In this document: piece after piece, positions 46,960 through 59,870 of the stretch
How positions within the stretch are numbered: the first letter of the stretch is position 1
Layout: the number at the start of each line of letters is the position of its first letter
Assembly (NCBI RefSeq): GCF_006345805.1
Contig: NC_043000.1
Coordinates: 53,506,001-53,570,000 of the forward strand
Length of the DNA: 64,000 nucleotides
Source: Octopus sinensis
Lineage: Eukaryota
Reading direction: 5' to 3'
Notes under the pieces: generated by a model
The model's database searches: none
What the model was told of the DNA's origin: nothing
What the model saw: the letters and a program-made list of their open reading frames with translations, nothing else
Program-made: the position numbers and the translations under genes

Positions 46960-47450
46960 TCCTTTAACATCCATATTTACGCCTTTCTTTTCACTCTTAC
47001 ACCATCAAAAATGTCTTGTAATTTCTCGTTGTTGTCTGCCACTAATGCTACATATATAATCATCATATCTTATATTATTCATGTTCATATTTTTGACTGT
47101 GAGTTCCTCAGTCTTACTGAATTTTCTGCATATATACTCAACATGGATATTAAATGGGTATGATGATAACATACATCCTTTTTTCACACCTCTTTTGATC
47201 TCTACATGTGCTGACAATTCCTGGTTTATTTTGATGTTTGCATTTTGGTTCCAATATAACATACAGATGCTACTATATTTTCCTTCTAAGCTTGCTTGTG
47301 ATGATCTCTCTGTGGTGTATATGAATAAATGCTTTGGTATAATCTATGAAGTAAATAGATAGATCTTTTTGCACTTGCATTTTCTTTTGTACTAGAATAT
47401 TGAAGCAGAATATAATATCTCTTGCACCACTGTTGGCCCTAATCCAACGT
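46960..47450 (-). pseudogene. RTE-clade reverse transcriptase core remnant
   Basis: RDIIFCFNILVQK...FIDYTKAF...LYWNQNA...IKRGVKKGCMLSSYPFNI...NNIRYDD (RT motifs DYxKAFD, GVRQGC, YADD). Confidence 0.85.
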
Positions 47451-47499
47451 GCACCTCACAGAATTTTGTGTTTATTTTGCTTTTTATTTTTCTGAGTGA

Positions 47500-47690
47500 G
47501 ACTAAGAAGAGAACAAGAGTCCATTGAAGACATTTGTGGATTGATGGCATCAAAGAATGTATTGGAAACAAGAGCCTCACTGATTGTATGCATACAGTAC
47601 AACACAGAGGAAGCTGGAAAGTCTTGGCAAGGTGGCCCCTGCACACAGGGGAAGCATCTGTTGGATAGCTGACCTAAATTGAATTTCACC
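47500..47690 (+). mobile_element. RTE-clade LINE ORF2 C-terminal remnant
   Basis: HLWIDGIKECIGNKSLTDCMHTVQHRGSWK resembles an RTE C-terminus. Confidence 0.55.
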
Positions 47691-47802
47691 AATAAGATCA
47701 ATGATATGAATTTTCTAGAAATAAAGTGTGTGTAGTTTGGAAGTGGATGTTTTGTTATAAGCAAAAATGTTTGCAAATATTTTAATATTATTCGATCTTC
47801 TT

Positions 47803-48000
47803 AAGGTGGTGAGCTGGCAGAATCATTAGCACTCTAGAAAAAGTTCTTAGTAGTATTTTGTCTGAGTTTAAATTCCACTGGAGTTAACTTTGCTTTTAAA
47901 CCTTCTGGAGTTAATAAAATAAGTAGCAGTTGTGCACTGGGTTGATTTAATTGACTTACCTGGCCTCTGAAAAAGCTGGCCTTGAGCCAAAATTTGGAAC
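47803..48000 (+). mobile_element. SINE family 2
   Basis: GGTGGTGAGCTGGCAGAATCATTAGCAC head plus central domain. Confidence 0.8.
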
Positions 48001-48316
48001 TGATATTATCAGATCTCCTCAGGAAAGCATATTCTACTCAGTTGGAAAAACTAAGTATGATTAATGCACAAGCACAATTAATGAGTGATGCTAATTATGA
48101 ATGTTAAAAATATGACTGTAAATGCATATTAGCAATATGCATTCTGTATATTAAGTACAGTGTAGTAGTGCTTCACATATACAATTTAGTGATTTAAAAT
48201 GACTTCAGTTGATACTGATTATCCATGTAATTGGTGGACAAAAACTCACTCTATAATGCACAAAACCTTAAACCATCAAGCATGATCGAGTAACTGAAAT
48301 CTTTAAATAATATTAG

Positions 48317-48530
48317 TTTCAAATTTTGGCACAAGGCCAGTACTTTCAGAAAAGGGGCTAAGTCAACTAGTTAGATCAACCCCAGTGCTCAACTGGTATT
48401 TATTTTATCAACCCTGAAAACATGAAAGTCAATGTCAACCACAGTAACATTTGAACTCAGAATGAAAACTCAAATGAAATACTGCAATGTATCTTGCCTG
48501 GCATGTTAAGAATTCTGTGAGCTTGCTGAC
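48317..48530 (-). mobile_element. SINE family 2
   Basis: Reverse complement similarity to 47803-48000. Confidence 0.8.
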
Positions 48531-49089
48531 TTATTTTTGGATAATTTTGAAAATACTCTAAGAAAGTCAAGCAATACTTATAAAACCAAATACAGAAAGA
48601 AATGGTCATGTTCCGGTTTTATTAGAGCTCCTCTGCAAAACAAGATGTTAAATACGATAACAATTATGACAGTAAAAAATAAATCAATCTCTGATTATTC
48701 AATTTAAAGTAATTACATGAGAAAATTGGTTTTGTATTTCATTCTTCCAAAATCAATAAAATAGTAGTAAGCAAGAGAAATGCTAGAATTGATTAAAATG
48801 ACTTATATATTGTGAAAAGTGTTTTGTCTTGGGCTAATATAAGAAATCATTTGAGGCAGGAGATGGAGCAGAGGTATTAGAAATATAATATGTATTCAGG
48901 AATCTATATTCTTTTTCTGAAGTTTTGTGAACATATATCAATATTAGAAATCAATATTAGATATAATTATAACGTTTTTCAATTTGTTTATCATAATTTT
49001 TGCAGCAATAAACTGTTCTGCATATGTCTGAGGTATATTCAGTGTTATTTGCATATAAATATGCTTATTGTTGCTTAGTCTCAGATCTG

Positions 49090-49505
49090 TTCCCAATCAC
49101 ATGGTACCATGTTCAGTACCACTGTATGGTACTTTGCGCATGTGTCTTCTACTATAGCTCTGGGCCTACCAAAACTTTGTGAGTGGATTTGGTAGACAGA
49201 ACCTGAAAGAAGTCTGTCATCCATTGTGTCTGTGTGTGTGTGTGTGTGTGTGTATGTGTGTGTTTGTGTGTGTGTGTGTGTGTGCGTGTGTGTGTTGTTG
49301 TTGTTGTTGGTTCCCACTACTGCTTGACAACCAGTGTTGGTTGTGTTTACATCCTTGTAACTTAACAGCTTTGCAAATAAGACTAATAGAATAAATACCA
49401 GACTCTAAATAAATGAATACTGAGATCTATGTGTTTGACTAAAATCCTTCAAGGTAGCACCCCAGCATGGCCACAATCCAATGACTGAAACAAGTCAAAG
49501 ATAAT
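49090..49505 (+). mobile_element. SINE family 1, 5' truncated and diverged
   Basis: Similarity to other copies. Confidence 0.8.
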
Positions 49506-50504
49506 ATAAAAACATTAAAACCATTTTTAATTATCATGAATCTAGAACTACATTATGCAAATTCGCCTTCAGTTATGAAAACAACTAAGTGAAATTTGGC
49601 TGCTATTTTTAATAATTTAAATGTTCACACAGAATACACAGGAGCAATTTTTTTAGCTTGCATGTGCATGATGCTGAAGGTTCTATGCTGAAAACATTCA
49701 GTTCTCTGTAATACTAGTTTTGTTACAATATGCAATCAAGTAGACACATAGAATGTTAAAGTTTTGTGCTTTGCTTTTGATATTAGAATATATCAATTCT
49801 CAAGCTGTAAAATATTATATTCCATAATTTTTAAATACCTAATACTGCAAAAAAAAAAGAAAAAAAAGTTATTTTCAACTTCAATTAATGTTTGAACTCA
49901 GAATGTTTGCTGCCTGGTTTTTTAGATCTCGTGATATAAAATCTGTGGCGATATTTATTTTAGAAGATATTAAAATGGCAGTTTTATACTGAAATTAATG
50001 TGCCACGTAAAGTAAATTAAATGCTATCAAAGACAATCTTATATTATATATACAGTTAATCTGTAGTTCCTTTAGTTTCTTAGTGATGTGTTAATATAAC
50101 CTCAGTTTAAACATTCGACATACAAAGCAATATTTGTCAGAATCAAAAGACTTAATGTAACATAGCTGATTTGAAAGTGGAAATAAAATGTTCATGGTAT
50201 TCTAGCTGAATTAAAACTTCAATATCTCCAAACAGATGTGGTTGAAAGGTTTTTAGGACAGAACTTTTCCTCTGAAGTCAGGCTGTCATCAACTTCTTCA
50301 ATAATCAGTAGAAGAGGAGGAAAGTTAGAATAGCGAGTAAATTATATGAAAGATTAGTAAGAGTCATGAAATTGGTTTGGTTAAATGGGTCTAGTCAAAC
50401 TATACAACAACAACTGAGAAAAGGCTCTATCATTATATTTACCATACAATAATAAAAGTAACTAAACCTATTAAACTATTGCTTTCATTAAAGAAGGCTT
50501 TTTC

Positions 50505-51010
50505 ATCATTCATCATCATCATCATCATCATCATTTAGCGTCCGTTTTCCATGCTAGCATGGGTTGGACGGTTCAACTGGGGTCTGGGGAGCCCGAAGGC
50601 TGCACCAGGCCAGTCAGATCTGGCAGTGTTTCTACAGCTGGATGCCCTTCCTAACGCCAACCACTCCGAGAGTGTAGTGGGTGATTTTATGTGCCACCGA
50701 CACAGGTGCCAGACGAGGCTGGCGAACGGCCACGCTCGGATGGTGTTTTTATGTGCCACCGACACAGGTGCCAGACGAGGCTGGCAGACGGCCACGCTCG
50801 GATGGTGTTTTTATGTGCCACTGACACAGGTGCCAGATGAGGCTGGCGGGCGGCCACGATCGGATGGTGTTTGTTACGTCCCCAAAGCACGGAGGCCAGT
50901 CTATGCGGTACTGGCTATGGCCACGTTCGGATGATTTTCTTGTGTGCCACCGGCACTGGTACCAGAAAGATACAAATTCCATTGATGTTCATCTATTTTG
51001 ATTTGTTTTG
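50505..51010 (-). mobile_element. RTE-type LINE 3' UTR with three 62 bp tandem repeats
   Basis: (CAT)n tail; TTTATGTGCCAC units at 50686, 50748, 50810. Confidence 0.85.
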
Positions 51011-51039
51011 ATTTGATTTTTAATAAACATTTTTTTTAT

Positions 51040-51235
51040 TTTCCACATGTTTTAGTCATTGGACTGCAGCCATGGTGGGGCACTGTCTTAAAGGGTTTAC
51101 TCACACAGATTAACCTCAGTACCTACTTTTTTAAAGCCTGATACTTATTCCATCAGTCTCTTTGGTGAACTGCTAAGTAATGAGAATGTAAACAAACCAA
51201 CGCTGGTTGTCAAGCAGTTGTATGGGTAATAGACA
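51040..51235 (-). mobile_element. SINE family 1, 3' half
   Basis: Similarity to the tail half of other copies; stops at a microsatellite. Confidence 0.7.
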
Positions 51236-51407
51236 CATCCATCCATTCATCAATCCATCCATTCATCCATTCATCCATCTATCTATCCATCCATCCATCC
51301 ATTCATACATACATACATACATACATACGTACATACGTACATACATACATACATACATATATACATATATATATATAAATAAATATATAAATGGCATATA
51401 TGCATCA

Positions 51408-51446
<39 letters not shown>

Positions 51447-51766
51447 TATATGCTCCAGTAAAAGGCATCAGTTGAGTACTGAGTGGTAATAAGAACTTGG
51501 GATGACAACGGAATAAAACGTTTTGTTATGAACTTCAAAAAAAATTGCATTTCCTTTCCAAAGCTCCTATAAAGCTAAAGGGTGATACTCAAGTACTTAT
51601 GTATGAGTGTATTGCACCTTATAACAGAAATAACTGTAAACTAATGAAGTTAATTACATAATTGTTATTTCTTTGTCATCCCTATTTTATACAGATATCT
51701 GTGTGTGTGTATAAACACACATACACACACGCACAAATATATATAGCAAACAAGTAATAAGGATAT

Positions 51767-52012
51767 CCAGGTATCAGTGCATTACAGCTGTTTCAGGTAG
51801 CTCCATTTAATTGATCAGTGCAAACATTACATCAATTTGAAATAAATCACTTTCCTCAGATGAGTTCAAGCATATAGATTTCCAACATACAGGCTACTCC
51901 ATTATAATTATTTTAGCATCTGAGGATAGCGATTTATTTCAAATTGATGCAATGTTTGCATTGATCGATTAAATGGAGTGACTTGAAACAGCCGTAATGC
52001 ACTGATACCTGG
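51767..52012. repeat. 96 bp inverted repeat (51767-51862 / 51917-52012) with hammerhead-like half-motifs
   Basis: Arms differ at 9 of 96 positions; each contains CUGAGGA...GAAACAGC(U/C)GUA-AUGC. Confidence 0.85.
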
Positions 52013-52116
52013 ACATTCTTGCTACTTATTTGCTTTTTATTCACCAAACTTCGAGCTGTGTGGACAATACTGGACAAATTTGGTGCCTCAACTTAAGTAA
52101 GTAATTCAACTGAATC

Positions 52117-52197
<81 letters not shown>

Positions 52198-52253
52198 TAT
52201 ACATATATATATACATATATATATACATGTATGTGTGTATGTATGTATGTATG

Positions 52254-52287
<34 letters not shown>

Positions 52288-52295
52288 TATATACA

Positions 52296-52458
52296 ATTGT
52301 CTTCTTTCAGTTTCCATTTGCCAAATCCACTCACAAGAGTTTGCTTGGTCTGGGGCTATATTAGTAGACACCTAGCCAAGGTGTTGTGTAGTGGGGCTAG
52401 ATTTCAAGGCTATATAGTTCAGAAGCAAGCTTCTTAACCACACAGCCACTCCTGCACC
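52296..52458 (-). mobile_element. SINE family 1, 5' half
   Basis: Head ...CACAGCCACTCCTGCACC on the plus strand. Confidence 0.75.
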
Positions 52459-52954
52459 CATCATGTAATTTTATTATTATGATAATCCTTAATTTTTTTT
52501 CACTACTTGAGTTGGCAGAAATTGTAGTGTTTACCTAAATGTTTTAATGTATTTTGCAATTTGAACCTGTATGCTGTGAGATCAGATGCTAGTAAGGTCA
52601 AATTTGGCTTTCCCACCCCATCACCATAAACTAATGAATTAAGTATCAAACATATCTTAGCATTGATAAAATTGATATTATTCCTGTTCTACAAATGCAT
52701 ATATGGACAAATATGCAGAGTTATTAGTGAGTCAGAAAGAATTGTCTCAGGATATTTGTTCTGGGTTCCCTGTGGACTGATTTCAATTCTCATGAAATTC
52801 ATGTTTTCATTTCTTCCATTTAGGGCCAATGAATAAAATACCAGACAAACATGACACATTAATGAAATTATTTGAGTGTCAGATAATTTGTATGTAGTGA
52901 CCCTCTGTCACTTGGGTTCAATCTCACCAATTACCAGATCATCACCCACCACAC

Positions 52955-52987
<33 letters not shown>

Positions 52988-53014
52988 TGTATGTATGTAT
53001 GTATGTATGTATGT

Positions 53015-53500
53015 ATGTCAGGTCACTTTCAAGTGCTACTGGTAACATGTAACCCAGTTCAACCTGTTGCATGGTCGGGTTGTCGGCGACTAAACCGGCA
53101 ACCCCACCAAGCTTGCTTGGTGAGGAGGGTGTTTATTGGACACCCTGCGGGATGAAAAACTAAACCCGTCAAAGGGCGGAGGAACTCTTGAGAGTCAATA
53201 GCCATCCAATAAATATCTTAAGGCTGTATCATGCGCGGGGACATAGAAATAATCGGACTGAATACCCGATCCAGCGGTTAAACCATTGGGAGTGAAGGAC
53301 TCCTAGCCTTTGTTAGGGCATCCTTCTAGGAGAAGGTAACTCAGGTAACTGGGATAACTCCGACATAAAACCTGCAGCTCAGTGGTTACTGATGATGTTG
53401 ACTTGTTCTTCTTTTCGGATTATGACTGCTGTTGCTTAGTGAGTGGGATTGACTCAGTGCACAGCCTTTCCTCACTTTAAAAAAAATCTTCTTGCACAGG
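53015..53500 (+). mobile_element. Probable RTE-clade LINE 5' UTR fragment
   Basis: GC-richer segment with GGCGACTAAA and AGGGCATCCTTCTAGGAGAAGGTAACTC motifs recalled from RTE 5' regions. Confidence 0.5.
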
Positions 53501-54112
53501 CATTGCACAATAACAACATTGATTAAGCTTCGTGCAATGACCATACTCGATAACGAGGGGGAAGCCACCATATGTATGTATACATACATATACTTATGCA
53601 TGTATATGAGTATGTACTATGTCAGATACTTATGTATATATAAACATATATATGTAGACAGGTAGGTATGAATGTATGTACATGTGTACATATGTATGTG
53701 TGTACATGTGTATATGTGTATATATGTTAAATAGCCATGCATGCACGTAGGCACTATAACCATAGCTCATGAGAGATACTAAATGGTGAGTGTGTACATC
53801 TGTTGGTGTGGCAGTTGGTACTAAGACTTTAAGCTACTGTGAATGAAATAAAGTGGAAAATCAGCTTCTAATATACAACATACTGGAATTATAAAATATT
53901 AACCATGTGCTATTTTGTGAAAATCTATGTTTTAGTAATGATTAAACTCATCAGCCAGTGTAGAGTAAAGAAAAATACCCACAAAAATAAGCAATACAGA
54001 ACAGCTGTTGACATTCCCATTTGGTTGGTGTATAAATAAATGAAGAATGGACAAAAGAACCAAGTGCCAACTTCACATATCACCAACAATTGGTATTTCT
54101 ATTTTTGAAGAT

Positions 54113-54325
54113 AGCAAGTTGGCAGAATCATGACCACACTGTAAAAAAATGTTCAATGGTATTATTACAGACAATTACAATCTGAGTTCGAATAGCACCA
54201 GGATCGACTTTGCCTTTCATTTTTTTTCAGGGTCAATAAAATAAGTACCAGTTGAACACTGGGGTCAATGTAATCAAATTAACCACCTCCCCAAAATTGC
54301 AAGCCTTGTACCAAAATCTGAAACC
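54113..54325 (+). mobile_element. SINE family 2
   Basis: GATCGACTTTGCCTTTCAT...GGGTCAATAAAATAAGTACCAG central domain. Confidence 0.8.
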
Positions 54326-55037
54326 AATATTTCTATTTCTAGGGACTGGTGTTGGTGTGTATTTGCTTCTCGCCCATATGGTCTGGATTGCAGTCCTGCT
54401 GGGTGGTACCTTGATCATGTGTCTTTTACAATCAATGCCTTGTGGGCATGTATCATAGACAGAAACTAAGGAAACCTGCCGTGTGCATATGTGAGTGTGT
54501 ACATATACTTTTGTCTCCTTAACTTGACATCATGTGGTAGTTGTAAATGAATGTCACTGTCATACAAGCAGGGTCATTCGTTTCTAATATTCTGTGAAAG
54601 TATTTGACCAGAATGAAATATGATCTCACTTTGAAACTGGCAAAGGTTGGCGAGAGAAAGGGCATCCAGTTGTAGAACATCTGACTTCATTAAACTCTGT
54701 TAGACCCATGCAACCATGGAAAAGTGGATGATGATGATGATGTGAATGGGTACATGCTTCACAATCATTATATTGGTTACTTTCAAACATAAATATTTAC
54801 ATTTCTTCCATGGCTAACAATACTTCACCTTCAGTTCAATTACGTGTAAATAATTATAGTAACATCTTGACTCTTGCCTAGCTTTGGGCCTTCAACTCCT
54901 GCTGAAGTTGTATTGTGTGTGTGTGTGTGGGGGGGGGGCTGTAATGACATATGGCAGCATATCATTCACATGTTTAGATCTTGGGAAGTCCATCATTGTA
55001 ACTGATTTTTGAGATAGATAGAGAGAAAGAGAGAAAG

Positions 55038-55071
<34 letters not shown>

Positions 55072-55587
55072 CAATCAACCCCAGTAAGGACCACTGGTGC
55101 TTTATTGGCTCTGACTATTTAATTACTATATCTCACTTACTATAAACAGTGACATATGAGTCAACGAGCAAGCATCACTGAAATTGACCATCTGATATTG
55201 ACCATCCAAAAGTTGATAAGGACTGATCATGACCGGCAGTTGAAGAATAATAACAAGAAACATGAACTAGTGCAGTGTTTTATGAAGCAAAAATTCCTTT
55301 TGCTATTGTTTAGACGCATTTCAATTGTGATTAAACAGAAATATAATGAAGGGCATTACAACCCTAACTATTATTTTCCTTTAAGGGCTTCTAGGGATAT
55401 ATTTTCCTTCCCTTCTTTGGCACTAATTGGGCAAGAGTTTAATCAAGCAAATTGTCCTCCAGACTAAATTTTTCTAGTTCTTTTTGTCAAACAGCTTAGT
55501 TAATAGACTTACGTAACCAGTCATCGAGCAGTTGGAAAGGAACATAAACATGCACACATTCACAATCATATGATGGGCTGCTGTATA

Positions 55588-56948
55588 TTGGGTAATCCCA
55601 TTTCAATTGTATGAGCTAAATGTCGGAGGGGGATGGGATAAACTACCTGCATCAACTTGCTATACAAGCAAATAGTAATTTTACCTTGTACTTATTCTGA
55701 GTGTAAATTTTGAAGAGTGCAGTTCGATTTTAACAGCTATTTTTTTTTTCGAAGCTATAATGGAAATGGCAAAGGAACATATTCAGCATATTTTGACTTA
55801 TGAGTTCAATAAAGGCAACAGCACAACAGAAAGTGCGATGAATATTAATGCAATATATGGGGATTGGAACATAAGTGTAAGCCAGTATCAACAATGGTTC
55901 CAGAAATTCCAAGCTGGAAACTACAGCCAAGAAGATGAGCCTCATCCTGGAAGATCTGTAGTGCTCAATGAGGTTGTCCTGTAAGCCCTGGCAGAACAAA
56001 ATGCCATTGTAACTGTTGAGGAGCTAGCAGAGAAGTTTGGATTTGGTCATTCAACCATTCATCTGTGTGCTGTCGGAAAAGTCAATGGGTTCATATCAAA
56101 CTTTACAAGTCTAATTGTGTAGAGAGAGTGAATATGTGCTCTCTTTTGCTGTCACTTCTCACGAATGAACATTTTTGGATTAAATAGTGACTGGTGATGA
56201 GAAATGGGTTCTCTATAAAAATGTCAAGTGCCAAAGATTGTGGGTGGGGACAGGAGAAACACCAGTAAACCCAGGCTGAAGAATGTCTTCACCTATGTAA
56301 GGTGTTGTTATCTGTTTGGTTGGATGTGAAAGGTTTAGTCCACTTTAAACTTTTAAACTCAAACCAAACAATAACAAAGGAGATCTACTGTGAGCAGCTT
56401 AAGTCAGCACTAGAAGAAAAATGATCATCTTTTGTTTCAAGGTGAAAGGTGTTCTTTCATCAGGATAATGCTTGGCCACATACAATGAGGATGACATTCC
56501 AGAGACTGGAGCAGTTTCAATGGGAAACGATGCCTCACCCACCATATTCTCCATCTGATTATAATTTATTACACAGTTTTCAAAATCATTTGGACGGAAA
56601 ATATATGAATTTTGTAGATGAGGCCAGTACAGTAGCGGAGGAGTATTTTTCATAATGGCAAATAAATTTTGGAAGAGAGACCTTGCAAGTCTACCAGATA
56701 GATGGAAAAGCATTGTAAATAAAGGTTGCAAGAAGCAACGAAAATTTTAGGAAAATAAAATATGAAATAAGTGGAAATATTACTGGTAAGTGTGTTACAT
56801 TATAAAGCACAAAAAGAAAATGACTCTCCCCAGACACAAGAGAAGGAGAGTATATTCTAGTTTAAAAAAGAATCTTGTTCATCTTAATTTTTTAAAACAA
56901 AAATAAATTTGGAAAATTATAAACTGCATTATTTATGGTATGACCCAG
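55588..56948 (+). mobile_element. Full-length decayed mariner, same family as 30392-31660
   Basis: TIRs TTGGGTAATCCCAT / TTATTTATGGTATGACCCAG with TA flanks; MEMAKEHIQHILTYEFNKG, IVTGDEKWV, FFHQDNAWPH, PHPPYSP pieces. Confidence 0.92.
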
Positions 56949-57657
56949 TAGTTTCTTCAAACTAAATACATACTAAAGTTATTGATCAACCTGAGATTAC
57001 AATAGAAAACAGTTGCTCTTGAACATGAAAGTATAACTGAACATGAAAATACATACTTGCAATCTGTACTTCTTAATCACACAGCTATGTGAACTTTCAT
57101 TTTTGTTAATGCAGTTATTGGTGAATTAAAAGCTATTTAGATGCTAGTTCTCATAGGTCAAATAACAACATAGACACTCTTTCATTTACACACCTTCTGG
57201 TATTTTTGTGTCATCGTAACTTATAATTTTCTATGTTTATGTTCTCATAATTCTGAGAGATTATACTATAAACAGCAATAAATAGATTTTATGGCAGTCT
57301 CCAAAACTGATGTTAGAAATGTGGTTAGGAAGCTTGCTTTTCAGCTATGTGGTTCCCTGTTTGATCCCACCATGAAACACTGGTTGGTGTCAGAGTGGAT
57401 CTTAGTAGATGGAAATTGTCCAAAACTCAGCATCATCATTAAACGATAATGATGATGAAGATATATACATATATTTATTTATTTATTTATGTCATTATTC
57501 AGTTTTATTTCAAGATTTCTTGCCAAAATAAGCTACAAGGATATCCTCTGGATATCCTTGTTTTTTATTTTGATTTTAATCACCTTACTTTGAAATTGTA
57601 TGGATAATATCACTAAATTCTGGTGCCTCAACTTAAGAACCATATTCATCTGAATCT

Positions 57658-57701
<44 letters not shown>

Positions 57702-57720
57702 TATATATATATATAAATAG

Positions 57721-57752
<32 letters not shown>

Positions 57753-57789
57753 ATATATATATATATATACATACATACATATATACATA

Positions 57790-58160
57790 CATGGTTCCAG
57801 GTTCAGTCCCACTGTGTGGCACCTTGGGCAAGTGTCTTCTACTATAACCTTGGGCCAACCAAAGTCTTGCGATTGGATTTGGTAGACAGAAACTGAAAGA
57901 AGTCTATCATATATATCTGTGTGGTGTGTGTGTGTGTGTGTGTGTGTGTTTGTGTGTGTCTGTTTGTCCCCGCACCATTGCTTGACAATCAATGTTGGTG
58001 CGTTTATATCCCTGTAAATTAGCTGTTTGGCAAAAAAGATCGATAGAATAAGTACTAAGCTTACAAAGAACAAGTTCTGGAGTTGATTTGTTCAACTAAA
58101 GGCAGTGCTCCAGTATGGCCACATTCAAATGACTGAAAAAAATGAAAGAGTAAAAGAATA
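57790..58160 (+). mobile_element. SINE family 1, head truncated at a TA tract
   Basis: Similarity to other copies. Confidence 0.85.
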
Positions 58161-58176
58161 TATATATATATATATG

Positions 58177-58352
58177 GATTTCAATTTTGGTACAAGTCAA
58201 GTAATCTTGTAGGGTTGTAAATTACATCGATCTCAGTGCTCAACTGGTGTTATTTTATCAAATAGGAAATTTCAACTCCGAATACAATGACAGATGAAGT
58301 ACCAGTATGCATTTTGCTTGGCATGCTAACAATTCTACCAGCTCACTGTCTT
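58177..58352 (-). mobile_element. SINE family 2, diverged
   Basis: Similarity to 48317-48530. Confidence 0.65.
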
Positions 58353-58354
58353 AA

Positions 58355-58390
<36 letters not shown>

Positions 58391-58399
58391 AGACGTCAC

Positions 58400-58702
58400 T
58401 CTTTTCAAGCCTAGCCAGGTTCATGGGCCACAGTTTCCCAGTTTCTGTGACGTATGTGTTCCCCCCCAGCTGGACGGGATGCCAGTCCATCGCAGCATTA
58501 CTCAAGAAACAAGAAGAGAGAGTGAGAGAAAGTTGTGGTGAAAGAGTACAACAGGGGTCACCACTTTCTCCCTGCTGGAGCCTCGTGGAGCTTTTAGGTG
58601 TTTTCGCTCAAAAAACACACACAATGCCTGGTCTGGGAATCGAAACTGCAATCCTCCAACTGTGAGTCCACTGCCCTAACCACTGGGCCATTGTGCCTCC
58701 AC
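58400..58702 (-). mobile_element. SINE family 3 (tRNA-derived head)
   Basis: Minus strand GGAGGCACAATGGCCCAGTGGTTAGGGCAGTGGACTCACAG...GTTTCGATTCCCAG has A and B boxes. Confidence 0.75.
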
Positions 58703-58707
58703 AAATG

Positions 58708-58915
58708 TGCCCTTTTAAAGCCTAGTGAGGCCCATGGGCCCAGTTTCCTGGTTTCTATGGTGTATGTGTTCCCCAGCTGGACAGGATGCCAGGCCATTGC
58801 AGCGTTACTCATTTTTGCCAGCTGAGTTGACTGGAGCAACGCAAAATGAAGTATTTTGCTCAAGAACACATCTTACGATCATGATGCTGACACCCTAACC
58901 ACTAAGCAACTCACC
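58708..58915 (-). mobile_element. Related SINE sharing the family 3 3' segment
   Basis: AAGCCTAG...CATGGGCC...GTATGTGTTCCCCAGCTGGAC shared with 58400-58500; different middle body. Confidence 0.6.
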
Positions 58916-59476
58916 TCCACAATATATATATATATATATTGTCATTTTTGTCATCACTATTATCATTTTAATGACCTGCATATGTTTCAGGCAGATCTTC
59001 AATGTCTAGATCCCCTTGCTGTTGTCAACCTTCACCTGTCTCCATGAAAGGTAACTTTACCACATGGCTAGACATGTTCTTGCAGAATATAGAAAATGCT
59101 TGACTCTGCTTGTATCACAGTGACACTCATTTACAACTATCAATGTGGTTTCAAATCCCAACCTGGCTATGCATAATGTTCTTAAGCAAAACAACTTCAT
59201 ATCATGTTGTCCCAGTCCACTCAGCTGTACATGGGTAACCTTGTGATAGATTGGCATACAAGGGTGAGACTCAGAAAAATCTCCTGAATGGAGGAAATGT
59301 GAGTGACATTTTGTATTCAGTGATCAAAATGATTTATAGAACAACCCCTACAGTGAGTCCCATCTGGTTGGGATTAGTTGTTCAACCATATGAAGGTCAT
59401 CGTGTGTATGCATGTGCACTGGTAAGAAAAGCCCCAAAGGAAATCTCGTGCTTTACATAAAAGACCTCTAACCATA

Positions 59477-59870
59477 TCTATTATATATAATCCGTTCTGT
59501 CTGTCTGTGTATGTGTCTTCTAGGATCTTAGGCATACTCCATCCAATTGTGCTCAAATTTGACATGTAGATACCAACGGTATCAGAGTGTGTATAAGTCT
59601 TGAAAAATTTCCAGGTGAGAATGCGATCGATAAAGTGAATAAAATCGTTTTTCTTTGGAATATAAAAATGCCTATCTTTATTTCTTCTTTTGCTGGTGTC
59701 TCAAATTTAGGTTAAATCAGTGTTTCTCAAAGGGGAGGCCTATGGGACGGTCAGACAAGTTGTTTTGGGAAAATTTGGTTTAAATGTTTGACAACTCAGC
59801 ACTGTCCATTGGACGGGGTGCATTTTGCTCGTATATTATATGCTGGGTAAGAACTAAAGTACATTAGTGA
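59477..59870 (+). mobile_element. Possible non-autonomous Helitron-like element
   Basis: Begins TCTATTATATATAA, followed by (TCTG)n and CCAATTGTGCTCAAATTTG, a layout recalled from non-autonomous Helitrons; 3' end unclear. Confidence 0.35.
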
